From an uncultured Gemmatimonadales bacterium (lineage in GTDB: Bacteria; Gemmatimonadota; Gemmatimonadetes; Longimicrobiales; RSA9), in NCBI GenBank assembly GCA_963783305.1, contig CAWAMW010000006.1:128001-192000 (forward strand): a stretch of DNA of 64,000 nt, given 5' to 3'. Of this stretch, positions 18,959 to 27,664 are shown piece after piece (the first letter of the stretch is position 1; each line of letters opens with the position of its first letter). The position numbers were made by a program, and so were the translations under genes. A model generated the notes under the pieces. That model was not told where the DNA came from, made no database searches, and saw nothing but the letters and a program-made list of their open reading frames with translations.

Positions 18959-21900
18959 TTGTCGGTGGAGAAGCCGGGCCAGGCCGAGCGGGGAAAGCAC
19001 GTCGAAGCCGGGAGCCATCCACTCCCGTGTGAGGCGACGTACGGCCTCGAGCTCCTGGCAAATCTCGTCCACGAGTCGCCCGACGTGGTGGTGGTGCACG
19101 ACAGCCTCCAGATCCTGTATCTCAACCGCAAGGGCCTGGAGAGTATCGGGGCCGAGAGCCTCGACGACGTGGTGGGGCGGTCGGTCTGGGACTTCGTTTC
19201 CCGGGAGTATCACGCCATTCTGCAGGAGCGGGTCGCCGTCATGCTGGCGAGCGGCCGCGGAGTGCCGCCCTTCGAGCTTCCGCTCGTCCGGGCCGATGGC
19301 ACCGAGATCTGGGGCGAGATTTCGTCGGCGCCGGTCCGCTTCAAGGGGCATTCCGCCGTCCAGACCGTGGTCCGCGACGTCACTCGCCGGCGTGAGACGG
19401 AAGCGCAGCTCACCGCGAGCGAGGCCCGGTACCGCTCGTTGTTCCACGGGGTCCCGGTGGGGCTGTACCGTTCGACACTCGATGGACGGCTGCTGGACGC
19501 CAACGACGCCCTCGTGCACCTCCTCGGGTACGAGGACCGTGACCAGCTCATGAGGGCCGGAACGATCGGCCTCTACCTGGACCCGGCCGAGCGGGAGCGG
19601 TGGGTGGGGCGTGCGTTGGCCGCCCCTGAATCGAGCGAGAGCGAGGTACGCCTGCAGCGTCGTGACGGCTCCGAGGTGCTGGTCCGCCTTCACAGCCGGG
19701 TCAAGTACGGCCCCACAGGGGAAGTGGATGCGTTCGAAGGGTCTGTGGAGGATGTGACCCGCACTCGCCGGGCGGAAGCGCGCTACCGGCTGCTCTTCGA
19801 GACCATGGCGCAGGGCGTGATCTACCATGACGCCCGTGGGCGCCTCCTGTCGGCGAACCCGGCGGCGGAGCGGATCCTGGGGGTCTCCGCGCGGGCGTTG
19901 ATCGAAGGGTCGGCGAGTCTCGACGATCTCACGTTCCAGAGCACCGACGGCAGTCCGTGCCCGGCATCGGAGCTGCCGCCTGCCGTGGCGCTGCGCGACG
20001 GCCGTTCGATGCGGGCGCTTCTCGGGTTCCGGAGGAAACCCGACGACGTGCTGCGCTGGATCGAGATCGAGTCGATCCCGCTCTTCCACCCGGGTGCGGA
20101 TCGTCCGTACCAGGTCTTCTGCACGCTGGCGGATGCGACGGAGCGGCGAGAGAAGGAGGAGGCGCTGCGTCTGAGTGAGCAGCGATTCGACCGGGCGATG
20201 GAGGGATCAGGCCTCGGCCTCTGGGACTGGGACCTGACGACGGGTGAGATCTATGTGGACGATCGCTGGTATGCGATGCTGGGATACGGTCCGCAGGAGT
20301 TCCCACTCCACATTGAGAGATGGAGGGAGCTGGTGCACCCGGAGGACCGGGAGCGGGTGGAGCGGGAGCTGGATCGGCACCTGGAAGGACACGTCGCCGC
20401 GTACGAGACCGAGCTGCGCCTGCGTACCGCCACCGGCGGCTGGCACTGGGTCCTGGACCGTGGCCAGGTCGTGGAGAGGGCGCAGGACGGAACGCCGCTC
20501 CGAGCGGCCGGAACCCATACCGATATCGCGGCCCGGAAAACGGCGGAGGATGCCCGTCGTCGCTCGGATGAGCGCCTCGAGAGCATCTTCCGCGCCGCCC
20601 CTCTCGGCATCACCCTGAGCCGGATCTCCGATGGCACAATCATAGAGGTGAACGACACATTCGCCAGAATGCTGGGATTCGCCCGGGAGGAGATGCTCGG
20701 CCGCACCTCCATCGACCTGGGGGTCTGGGCGGATGTGAGCGATCGTACGCGAATGGCGAAAGAGCTGGAGAGCGAGGGGCGCCTGCGCGGGTTTGCCGCT
20801 CAGTTCAGGACCCGGGACGGGCGGACCCGGCAGCTTCAGCTGTTCATGGAAGAGATCACGGTCGAGGACGAGCCGTGCGCGCTCGTGCTGCATCAGGACG
20901 TGACGGATTCGCGGCAGCTGGAGGAGCAGCTGCGTCAGTCGCAGAAGATGGAGGCGGTGGGGCGGCTTGCCGGCGGGATCGCGCACGACTTCAACAACCT
21001 GCTCACCGTCATGACCGGGCACGTGCAATTCCTGCTGGACGCGCTGCCGGAGTCGGACGAGCGCAGAGCCGACGCGGCGGCGATCGGCGAAAGTGCCGAG
21101 CGGGCGGAGCGCCTCACGCGGCAGCTGCTGGCCTTCAGCCGACAGCAGGTGATGGCTCCGCAGGTGGTGGACCTCCGGCATATGGTCAGCCGGTTCGAGC
21201 CCCTCTTGAAGCGCCTGATCGGCGAGGACGTCCTCCTGGACGTGCGGAGCATGGAGGAGCCCTGCCCGGTGCGGGTGGACCTGAGCCAGCTCGAGCAGGT
21301 CGTTCTGAACCTGGCGGTGAATGCCCGCGACGCCATGCCGAATGGAGGAGAGCTGCGCATCGAGACGTCGCGTGTCGAAGTCATCGGCGGACGGGCGCCG
21401 GGCATCGGGGAGGCGGTGCCCGATGGGCGCTACGCGTGCCTGCGGGTGAAAGACACGGGGATCGGGATGAGCGCCCCGACGAGGGAGCGGGTCTTCGAGC
21501 CGTTCTACACCACGAAGCCGGCGGGGAAGGGGACGGGGCTCGGGCTCAGCACGGTGCACGGCATCGTGAACCAGAGCGATGGTTTCATCGGCGTGGAGAG
21601 CCAGCCGGGGGACGGAGCCTGCTTCACGCTCTACCTACCGCTGGTGGAGCCGGAGCCCTCCAGAAACGTGCAGGCGGACACCCAGACCGCGGCGCGTGGA
21701 GCGGTCGGGGGAACGGAGACGATCCTGCTGGTGGAGGATGAGGACGCCGTTCGTGCGCTCGCGCACCGCGTCCTCGAGCGGGGCGGCTACACCGTTTACG
21801 AGGCACCCAATGGGGCGGCCGCGCTGAAGCTGGCGGAGGAGCTCGGCTCGGTGGACCTGCTCCTGACCGACGTGGTCATGCCGGGGATGGGCGGCCGCGA

Positions 21901-22072
21901 GCTGGCCGATCGGCTGCGCGAGCGATGCCCGGATGTCGAAGTCGTCTTCATGAGCGGGTACACCTCGGATGAGGTGATCCGACACGCGGAGCATCGCGGC
22001 GGTGGCTTCCTCCAGAAGCCGTTCACTCCCGGCCAGCTCGCCGCCATGGCGCGAGAAGTGCTCGATCGCTGA
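18959..22072 (+). CDS. Cytoplasmic multi-PAS hybrid histidine kinase/response regulator
   Basis: About five PAS repeats, H-box AGGIAHDFNN, NLAVNARDAM, DTGIGM, GTGLGL and a REC domain (LLTDVVMP, KPF). Start uncertain. Confidence 0.93.
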   Translation: MSVEKPGQAERGKHVEAGSHPLPCEATYGLELLANLVHESPDVVVVHDSLQILYLNRKGLESIGAESLDDVVGRSVWDFVSREYHAILQERVAVMLASGRGVPPFELPLVRADGTEIWGEISSAPVRFKGHSAVQTVVRDVTRRRETEAQLTASEARYRSLFHGVPVGLYRSTLDGRLLDANDALVHLLGYEDRDQLMRAGTIGLYLDPAERERWVGRALAAPESSESEVRLQRRDGSEVLVRLHSRVKYGPTGEVDAFEGSVEDVTRTRRAEARYRLLFETMAQGVIYHDARGRLLSANPAAERILGVSARALIEGSASLDDLTFQSTDGSPCPASELPPAVALRDGRSMRALLGFRRKPDDVLRWIEIESIPLFHPGADRPYQVFCTLADATERREKEEALRLSEQRFDRAMEGSGLGLWDWDLTTGEIYVDDRWYAMLGYGPQEFPLHIERWRELVHPEDRERVERELDRHLEGHVAAYETELRLRTATGGWHWVLDRGQVVERAQDGTPLRAAGTHTDIAARKTAEDARRRSDERLESIFRAAPLGITLSRISDGTIIEVNDTFARMLGFAREEMLGRTSIDLGVWADVSDRTRMAKELESEGRLRGFAAQFRTRDGRTRQLQLFMEEITVEDEPCALVLHQDVTDSRQLEEQLRQSQKMEAVGRLAGGIAHDFNNLLTVMTGHVQFLLDALPESDERRADAAAIGESAERAERLTRQLLAFSRQQVMAPQVVDLRHMVSRFEPLLKRLIGEDVLLDVRSMEEPCPVRVDLSQLEQVVLNLAVNARDAMPNGGELRIETSRVEVIGGRAPGIGEAVPDGRYACLRVKDTGIGMSAPTRERVFEPFYTTKPAGKGTGLGLSTVHGIVNQSDGFIGVESQPGDGACFTLYLPLVEPEPSRNVQADTQTAARGAVGGTETILLVEDEDAVRALAHRVLERGGYTVYEAPNGAAALKLAEELGSVDLLLTDVVMPGMGGRELADRLRERCPDVEVVFMSGYTSDEVIRHAEHRGGGFLQKPFTPGQLAAMAREVLDR

Positions 22073-22134
22073 GCCGTCCCGGCCCCTCTCCGGAGGACAT
22101 TGCAGCCGATGCGGCGGGGGTGCGGCGGTTGCGG

Positions 22135-22150
22135 CGGCATCGTGCTTGCC
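22135..22150 (+). promoter_or_regulatory. Putative sigma54 (-24/-12) promoter
   Basis: CGGCATCGTGCTTGCC fits GG-N10-GC, about 60 nt upstream of ATG 22211. Confidence 0.55.
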
Positions 22151-22210
22151 GGGATCTTTGTGTCGCCGGAGCGAGACGCGATCCAACCAAGATCAGGAGC
22201 GACGCACGTC

Positions 22211-22576
22211 ATGACACGCGAGAACACGACAATCGGAGAATCGGAGCGCTGGCTCTCGGTCCTTCTCGGCGGGATGCTGGGACTGTCGAGCCTCCGGCGC
22301 CGCGACCTCGGTGCGGGGGCGCTCTTCGCCCTGACCGGCGGCGCCCTGATCGTCCGGGGGATCACCGGCCGGGGGAGCGTCTTCTCCACCGTGCAGGACA
22401 CTCTCCGGAGCGGTCTGGGCACCGACTCTTCTCCTTCCGCGGCCACGGACGAGGTCGAAGAGGCCTCCATGGAGTCGTTCCCCGCCAGCGACCCGCCCTC
22501 CTGGACGCCCACGGAGGGCGCGGAGGTGGAGGAGAGTATGGGCCGGGAGCCAGGTGAAGATCGGAGCGGGGACTGA
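22211..22576 (+). CDS. Small membrane protein (DUF2892/YgaP-like) with acidic ESFPASDPP motif
   Basis: IGESERWLS plus two TM helices and GITG; C-terminal DEVEEASMESFPASDPPSW; AGGAG RBS. Confidence 0.75.
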   Translation: MTRENTTIGESERWLSVLLGGMLGLSSLRRRDLGAGALFALTGGALIVRGITGRGSVFSTVQDTLRSGLGTDSSPSAATDEVEEASMESFPASDPPSWTPTEGAEVEESMGREPGEDRSGD

Positions 22577-22584
22577 ACGCCGGA

Positions 22585-23535
22585 ATGACGACCGGGGTGG
22601 GACCCGCGCTGGGGGAGCTGGAGCGTCGGCTCGGCGCCGAGCGGCTCGAGCACCATGTGCCCCTCGCCCCCATGACCACGTTCAACATTGGTGGGCCGGC
22701 CGACCTCCTGTACCGCGCGCGAACCCCGGACGAGCTGGCGGAGGCGGTGCAGGCGGCGCGTGACACGGGGATCGAGCACTTCCTCCTGGGCTCGGGCGCG
22801 AACATCCTCATCGGGGATGGTGGATTCCGCGGGCTGGTGATCCGGAGCGAGGTGGGCGGGATCGACTTCGGCGCGGACGGGCGCGTGACGGCGGGGAGCG
22901 GTGTCATGGTCTACCACGACCTGATCGAGGCGTGCGCGGAGCGGGAGCTGGGGGGACTCCACCATTTCGTGGGGATCCCGAGCACCGTGGGCGGCGCCAT
23001 CTGGCAGAACCTCCATTTCCTGAGTCCGCCCCCGGAGCGCGAGCGCACGGTGTTCGTGGAGGAGGTAGTGGAGAGCTGCGATATTCTGACGGAGGAGGGT
23101 GAGCGGCGGACGGTCGGCGTCGACTACCTGGACTTCGGCTACGATTACAGTATCCTGCACGAGCGCGACGACATCGTCCTGAGCGTTACATTCCGGCTCA
23201 CGCCCACCCCCCGCGAGGAGATCCGGCGCGTCGTTGCCGAGAACCTCCGCTGGCGCGATGATCGGCACCCCGACCTCTGGCTCTACCCATCCGCGGGGTC
23301 GATCTTCAAGAAGATCGAGGGAGTGGGGGCGGGACGTCTCATCGACGAGTGCGGGTTGAAGGGCCACATCCACGGAGACGCCCAGATCTTCCACCGCCAC
23401 GCGAACATCATCGTCAATCTCGGTGGCGCCAAGGCCCGGCAGGTGCGCGAGCTCATTGACCTGGCGCAGTCCACCGTGGCTCGCGAGCTCGGCCACGAGC
23501 TGGAGCCGGAGATTGGGTTCATAGGCGAATTCTGA
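22585..23535 (+). CDS. murB: MurB-like FAD oxidoreductase (atypical active site)
   Basis: TTFNIGGPAD, LGSGANIL, GIPSTVGGA, PSAGSIFK, HANIIVN and LEPE motifs. Confidence 0.8.
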   Translation: MTTGVGPALGELERRLGAERLEHHVPLAPMTTFNIGGPADLLYRARTPDELAEAVQAARDTGIEHFLLGSGANILIGDGGFRGLVIRSEVGGIDFGADGRVTAGSGVMVYHDLIEACAERELGGLHHFVGIPSTVGGAIWQNLHFLSPPPERERTVFVEEVVESCDILTEEGERRTVGVDYLDFGYDYSILHERDDIVLSVTFRLTPTPREEIRRVVAENLRWRDDRHPDLWLYPSAGSIFKKIEGVGAGRLIDECGLKGHIHGDAQIFHRHANIIVNLGGAKARQVRELIDLAQSTVARELGHELEPEIGFIGEF

Positions 23536-23536
23536 C

Positions 23537-24880
23537 TTGAGAATACTCATCATCGGCGCCGGCGCCGTGGGGTTCCACCTGGCCCGTCGGCTATCGGAGG
23601 AGCATCAGGACGTCGTCGTCATCGAGGCCGACGCCGAGCGGGCTCAGATGGTCGAGGAGCACCTCGATGTCCTGACGATCGTCGGGAACGGCGCATCCCT
23701 GCCGGTTCTGGAGCGGGCGGGGATCCAGGACACGGACCTCATGCTGGCGGTGACGAGCAAGGATGAGGTAAACCTGGTCAGCTGCCTGGCCGCGTCGCGC
23801 CTCGGCGTCAAGTTCAAGGTGGCCAGGGTGAGCGATCCCGAATACTACCGGAGCGGGAGCGTGCTGTCCCAGGAGCAGCTCGGGATCGATCTCATGATCA
23901 ACCCGGAGCGCGAATGCGCCTGGGAGACCTTCCAGCTGCTCAACAGCGAGGCCGCCACCGACCTGGCGCAGTTCGCGGACGGTCGCCTCGAGCTCGTAGG
24001 CCTCCGCGTCCGGAGCGGTGCGCCGGTGGCGGGGCGCACGATCCGGGAGCTGGACCAGGAGATGGGCGATCGTCCGTTCGTCACGGTGGCCGTGGTGCGG
24101 GACCGGGTGACCGAGGTGGCGCGGGGGGACACGCGGATCGAGGTGGACGATCAGATCTTCATCATGGCGCCCTCGGCCGAGATGCCGTTCATCCCGGCCA
24201 TGGCCGGATACAAGCACTTCAAGCTGCGGCGCGTCATGATTGCCGGTGGGAGCGATGAGGCGCTGTTCCTGGCGCAGCGGCTGGCCGAGCACGACGTCGA
24301 CTGCACCATCCTCGACATCGACAAGGAACGGTGTCTGGAACTGGCGGAGCAGCTCCCGAAAGCGCTCATCCTGCATGCGGATGCCACGGACATGGAGCTC
24401 CTGGAGATGGAGGGCATCGAGGGCGTGGACGGCTTCGTCGCGTTTACCCCACGCGACGAGACGAACATGCTGGCGAGCCTGCTCGCCAAGACCCAGGGCG
24501 CACGCAAGGTCATCAGCCTGATCCACCGCTTCGACTATGTCCCGCTGGTCAGCCGGGTGGGGATCGACGCGGCCGTCTCTCCGCGCCTGTCCACGGTCAA
24601 TGCCATCCTCCGGTACGTGCGGCGTGGGAACGTGGCCACCGTGGCGACGCTCACCGGGATCGACGCCGAGGCCATCGAGTACGATGTGACCAGCACGGCC
24701 CGTGTGGCGGGCCGCGCGCTCAAGGACATCCACTTTCCGCACACCTCCGTGGTGGGGGCGATCTTGCGGGGCGAGAACGTCATCGTGCCCCGGGGCGGCG
24801 ATACGATCATGGCCGGGGACCGGGTCGTGATGTTCGCGCTGCCCGAAGCCATCGCGGAGATCGAGCGGCTCTTCGCGTGA
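23537..24880 (+). CDS. trkA: Trk K+ uptake regulatory subunit
   Basis: Two RCK modules, GAGAVG Rossmann motif, TTG start. Confidence 0.93.
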   Translation: MRILIIGAGAVGFHLARRLSEEHQDVVVIEADAERAQMVEEHLDVLTIVGNGASLPVLERAGIQDTDLMLAVTSKDEVNLVSCLAASRLGVKFKVARVSDPEYYRSGSVLSQEQLGIDLMINPERECAWETFQLLNSEAATDLAQFADGRLELVGLRVRSGAPVAGRTIRELDQEMGDRPFVTVAVVRDRVTEVARGDTRIEVDDQIFIMAPSAEMPFIPAMAGYKHFKLRRVMIAGGSDEALFLAQRLAEHDVDCTILDIDKERCLELAEQLPKALILHADATDMELLEMEGIEGVDGFVAFTPRDETNMLASLLAKTQGARKVISLIHRFDYVPLVSRVGIDAAVSPRLSTVNAILRYVRRGNVATVATLTGIDAEAIEYDVTSTARVAGRALKDIHFPHTSVVGAILRGENVIVPRGGDTIMAGDRVVMFALPEAIAEIERLFA

Positions 24881-24887
24881 GTCTGCC

Positions 24888-26351
24888 TTGAACCTGCAGC
24901 ACCTGGTCAAGGTGGTGAGCCTGGTGCTCATGGCCCTCGCTACGGCCATGGCCATCACCGCGGCTATCGCCCTGATGTACGGCGAGGGCGATTTCATCGC
25001 CTTCCTCGTGGCCGCCGCCGCCACCATGGCCGTAGGATTCGTCGGGTTTCGGAGCACCAAGATCGGGCGCGACCTCAGCGTGCGGGAGGGCTACGCCGTG
25101 GTGGCCTTCGCATGGCTCGCCATCGGTATCGCGGGAGCCGTCCCGTTTCTGCTGACCGGCACCATCGAGTCGCCGATGGCCGCGCTGTTCGAGTCGGTCT
25201 CAGGCTTCACCACCACCGGCGCCACCGTCTTTTCGGAGATCGAATCGCTCCCCCACGGGATCCTGTTCTGGCGCTCCTTCACCCAATGGATCGGAGGCAT
25301 GGGCATCATTGTCCTCGGCATCGCGATCCTGCCGTTCCTGGGCGTGGGCGGGATGCAGCTCTTTCGGGCGGAGGTGCCCGGCCCTACCCCCGAGCGACTC
25401 CAGCCGCGGATCGCGCAGACGGCCAAAATCCTGTGGTTCGTCTACGCAGGGATCACCCTCGCCCAGGTCCTTCTCTATCTGCTGGGAGGGCTATCGCTCT
25501 TTGACGCCGTTACGCACTCTTTCTCGACCCTCTCTACCGGCGGCTTCTCCCCGAGGAACGCCTCGATCGCCGCCTACGGCTCCGCCTACATAGACTATGT
25601 GACCACGCTCTTCATGTTTCTGGCGGCCGTGAACTTCGCGCTCCACTACCGCGCCTTCACCTCCCGCGGAACCGTGTATCTCAAGGATGCCGAGCTCCGA
25701 TTTTTCGCCGGGTTCCTCCTCCTCGTAACCGCGATCGTCACCGTCCTCGTCCTGTTCTCCGGGACGGCCGGTGGGGCGGGGCTGGAGCGCGTCTTCCGGG
25801 ATTCCCTCTTCCAGGTCGTGTCCATCGGCACCACGACCGGGTTCGTCACCGCCGATTACGAGCTCTGGCCCCTCGCCGCACAGATCCTTCTCGTCGGGCT
25901 CATGTTCGTCGGGGGGATGAGCGGCTCCACGGCCGGCGGCGTCAAGGCCGTGCGGCTCCACGTCCTCCTCCGCTCCAGCATCGCCGAGCTGAAGCGGAGC
26001 CTCCACCCACGGGCGGTGGTGGTCACGCGCGTCGGTGACCGGGTCATCAAGGAGGATGCGCGGCTGAACGTCCTGGCCTTCCTCCTCCTTTTCGTCGTGC
26101 TCTACGCCTTCGGGGTTCTCGCCCTCGCGCTCCTGGATCATGACCTCGCCACGGCCGTCGGGGCCGCCGCCGCGGCCATCGGCAACATCGGTCCCGGAAT
26201 CGGCGATGTGGGGGCACTGGACCACTACGGCTGGATGGGACCCTCATCCCACTTCGTGCTCATCTTCCTCATGCTGGTGGGACGCCTGGAAATCTTCACG
26301 ATCCTCCTCCTCTTCCATCCCGACCTCTGGCGCGGGGCCCGCTGGCACTGA
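24888..26351 (+). CDS. trkH: Trk K+ uptake permease
   Basis: Pore motifs SGFTTTG, STLSTGG, GTTTG and GNIGPG; MLVGRLE. Confidence 0.95.
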   Translation: MNLQHLVKVVSLVLMALATAMAITAAIALMYGEGDFIAFLVAAAATMAVGFVGFRSTKIGRDLSVREGYAVVAFAWLAIGIAGAVPFLLTGTIESPMAALFESVSGFTTTGATVFSEIESLPHGILFWRSFTQWIGGMGIIVLGIAILPFLGVGGMQLFRAEVPGPTPERLQPRIAQTAKILWFVYAGITLAQVLLYLLGGLSLFDAVTHSFSTLSTGGFSPRNASIAAYGSAYIDYVTTLFMFLAAVNFALHYRAFTSRGTVYLKDAELRFFAGFLLLVTAIVTVLVLFSGTAGGAGLERVFRDSLFQVVSIGTTTGFVTADYELWPLAAQILLVGLMFVGGMSGSTAGGVKAVRLHVLLRSSIAELKRSLHPRAVVVTRVGDRVIKEDARLNVLAFLLLFVVLYAFGVLALALLDHDLATAVGAAAAAIGNIGPGIGDVGALDHYGWMGPSSHFVLIFLMLVGRLEIFTILLLFHPDLWRGARWH

Positions 26352-26389
26352 GCGCTCGTTTTCCCCGGTGGCGAAACGCCCGACATTCG

Positions 26390-26405
26390 TGGACCGGTCC
26401 TTGCA
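26390..26405 (+). promoter_or_regulatory. Putative sigma54 (-24/-12) promoter
   Basis: TGGACCGGTCCTTGCA fits GG-N10-GC upstream of the lytic transglycosylase. Confidence 0.45.
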
Positions 26406-26479
26406 CCTAAACAGTTGTGATGGAGGGATTTAAACCCTCCGGGCAACACCGGATTCCGTACAGGGTGGAGGGCAGTTCA

Positions 26480-27469
26480 ATGGATAGACGAAAGAAGGAG
26501 ACAATCGCGGTCGGGCTTGCCGCATCGACCCTCGCGCTTCTCGGCGCGGGGATCGCCAGCGACAGCGAGGGCGCCGCGAAGGACATGGGCATCGACGTCG
26601 ATCGCACGCGCGACACGAAAGAGCCCGTGGACCTCTACGCCGATCTTCTGCCGACGGAGTGGGACCTGCCATCGGAGCGGAACGAGCGAGTGGACTTCTT
26701 CATCGACTTCCTGAAGGGTGACCGCTACGACGATTTCAAGGACTGGCTCGAGCGGGTGGGGAAGTACGGTCCGATGATCCGGGCGGAGCTGGCAGCGCGT
26801 GACATGCCGCAGGACCTGCTGTACCTGGCGATCATCGAGAGCGGTCTCGACCCGAATGCCTACTCCGCGGCGGACGCGGCGGGGATCTGGCAGTTCATCG
26901 AGCCCACGGGCGAGCGGTACGGGCTGGAGGTCTCGGAGTATGTGGACGAGCGGCGGGACCCGGTGAAGGCGACGGGCGCGGCGCTGACCTACCTGCAGGA
27001 GCTCCACGACCGGTTCGACAGCTGGTTCCTCGCCGCGGCGAGCTACAACACGGGTGAGAACCGCGTGGGTCGGATCATGACCGAGGTGACGGGCAGTGAG
27101 CGCGGAGCCGACGAGAGCTACTGGGACATCAGCGACCGGCTCCCGCGGGAGACGCGGGACTACGTGCCGCTGATGGTGGCGGCGGGTCACATCGCCAAGG
27201 ACCCGGGGGCCCACGGGTTCCCGGAGCTCAACTTCCAGGAGCCGCTGGCGTTTGCGCTGGTGGACGTCCCGGCCGGTACGTCGCTGGCCGACGTGGCGCA
27301 GGCGGCCGGTGTGTCGGTGGCGGACGTCGTGGAGCTGAACCCGCACCTGGTGCGGAAGCAGACGCCGCCGGACCGCGACTGGCAGGTCCGGGTTCCGGAG
27401 GGCTCGGAGCGCACGTTCGCGGCGAACTTCGACGCCGGCGCGGGGTCCACCCAGCAACTCGCAGAGTAG
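26480..27469 (+). CDS. MltD-like lytic transglycosylase with LysM domain
   Basis: N-terminal anchor, IIESG (catalytic Glu), GIWQF, DERRDP, AASYNTG, ETRDYVP and a C-terminal LysM. Confidence 0.9.
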   Translation: MDRRKKETIAVGLAASTLALLGAGIASDSEGAAKDMGIDVDRTRDTKEPVDLYADLLPTEWDLPSERNERVDFFIDFLKGDRYDDFKDWLERVGKYGPMIRAELAARDMPQDLLYLAIIESGLDPNAYSAADAAGIWQFIEPTGERYGLEVSEYVDERRDPVKATGAALTYLQELHDRFDSWFLAAASYNTGENRVGRIMTEVTGSERGADESYWDISDRLPRETRDYVPLMVAAGHIAKDPGAHGFPELNFQEPLAFALVDVPAGTSLADVAQAAGVSVADVVELNPHLVRKQTPPDRDWQVRVPEGSERTFAANFDAGAGSTQQLAE

Positions 27470-27482
27470 CCCGCGTCAGGGT

Positions 27483-27512
27483 TGCATCGGGCCGCGCAGC
27501 GCCACTACTTTG
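27483..27512 (+). promoter_or_regulatory. Putative promoter of gltA-icd-pepA
   Basis: TTGCAT-N18-TACTTT. Confidence 0.45.
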
Positions 27513-27664
27513 CGGCGCCGTCGCGGCTCGACCCCATCCTCGGATCGGGGCTGGCATCCACCCGCTGAGCGGGGGAGGTCGGCCCCGCCTCCGTATTCGG
27601 GGGCAGGTGGGGGGGCGGGTATCGAATCGTGCAGGGATGGGGAACCTCGGGGAGGAAGCGGTAC

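Noticed and set aside
19019..19027. CCACTCCCG match to the tRNA-Leu 3' end as a possible attR
   Set aside because: Only 9 nt, inside a CDS, and no integrase present; expected by chance
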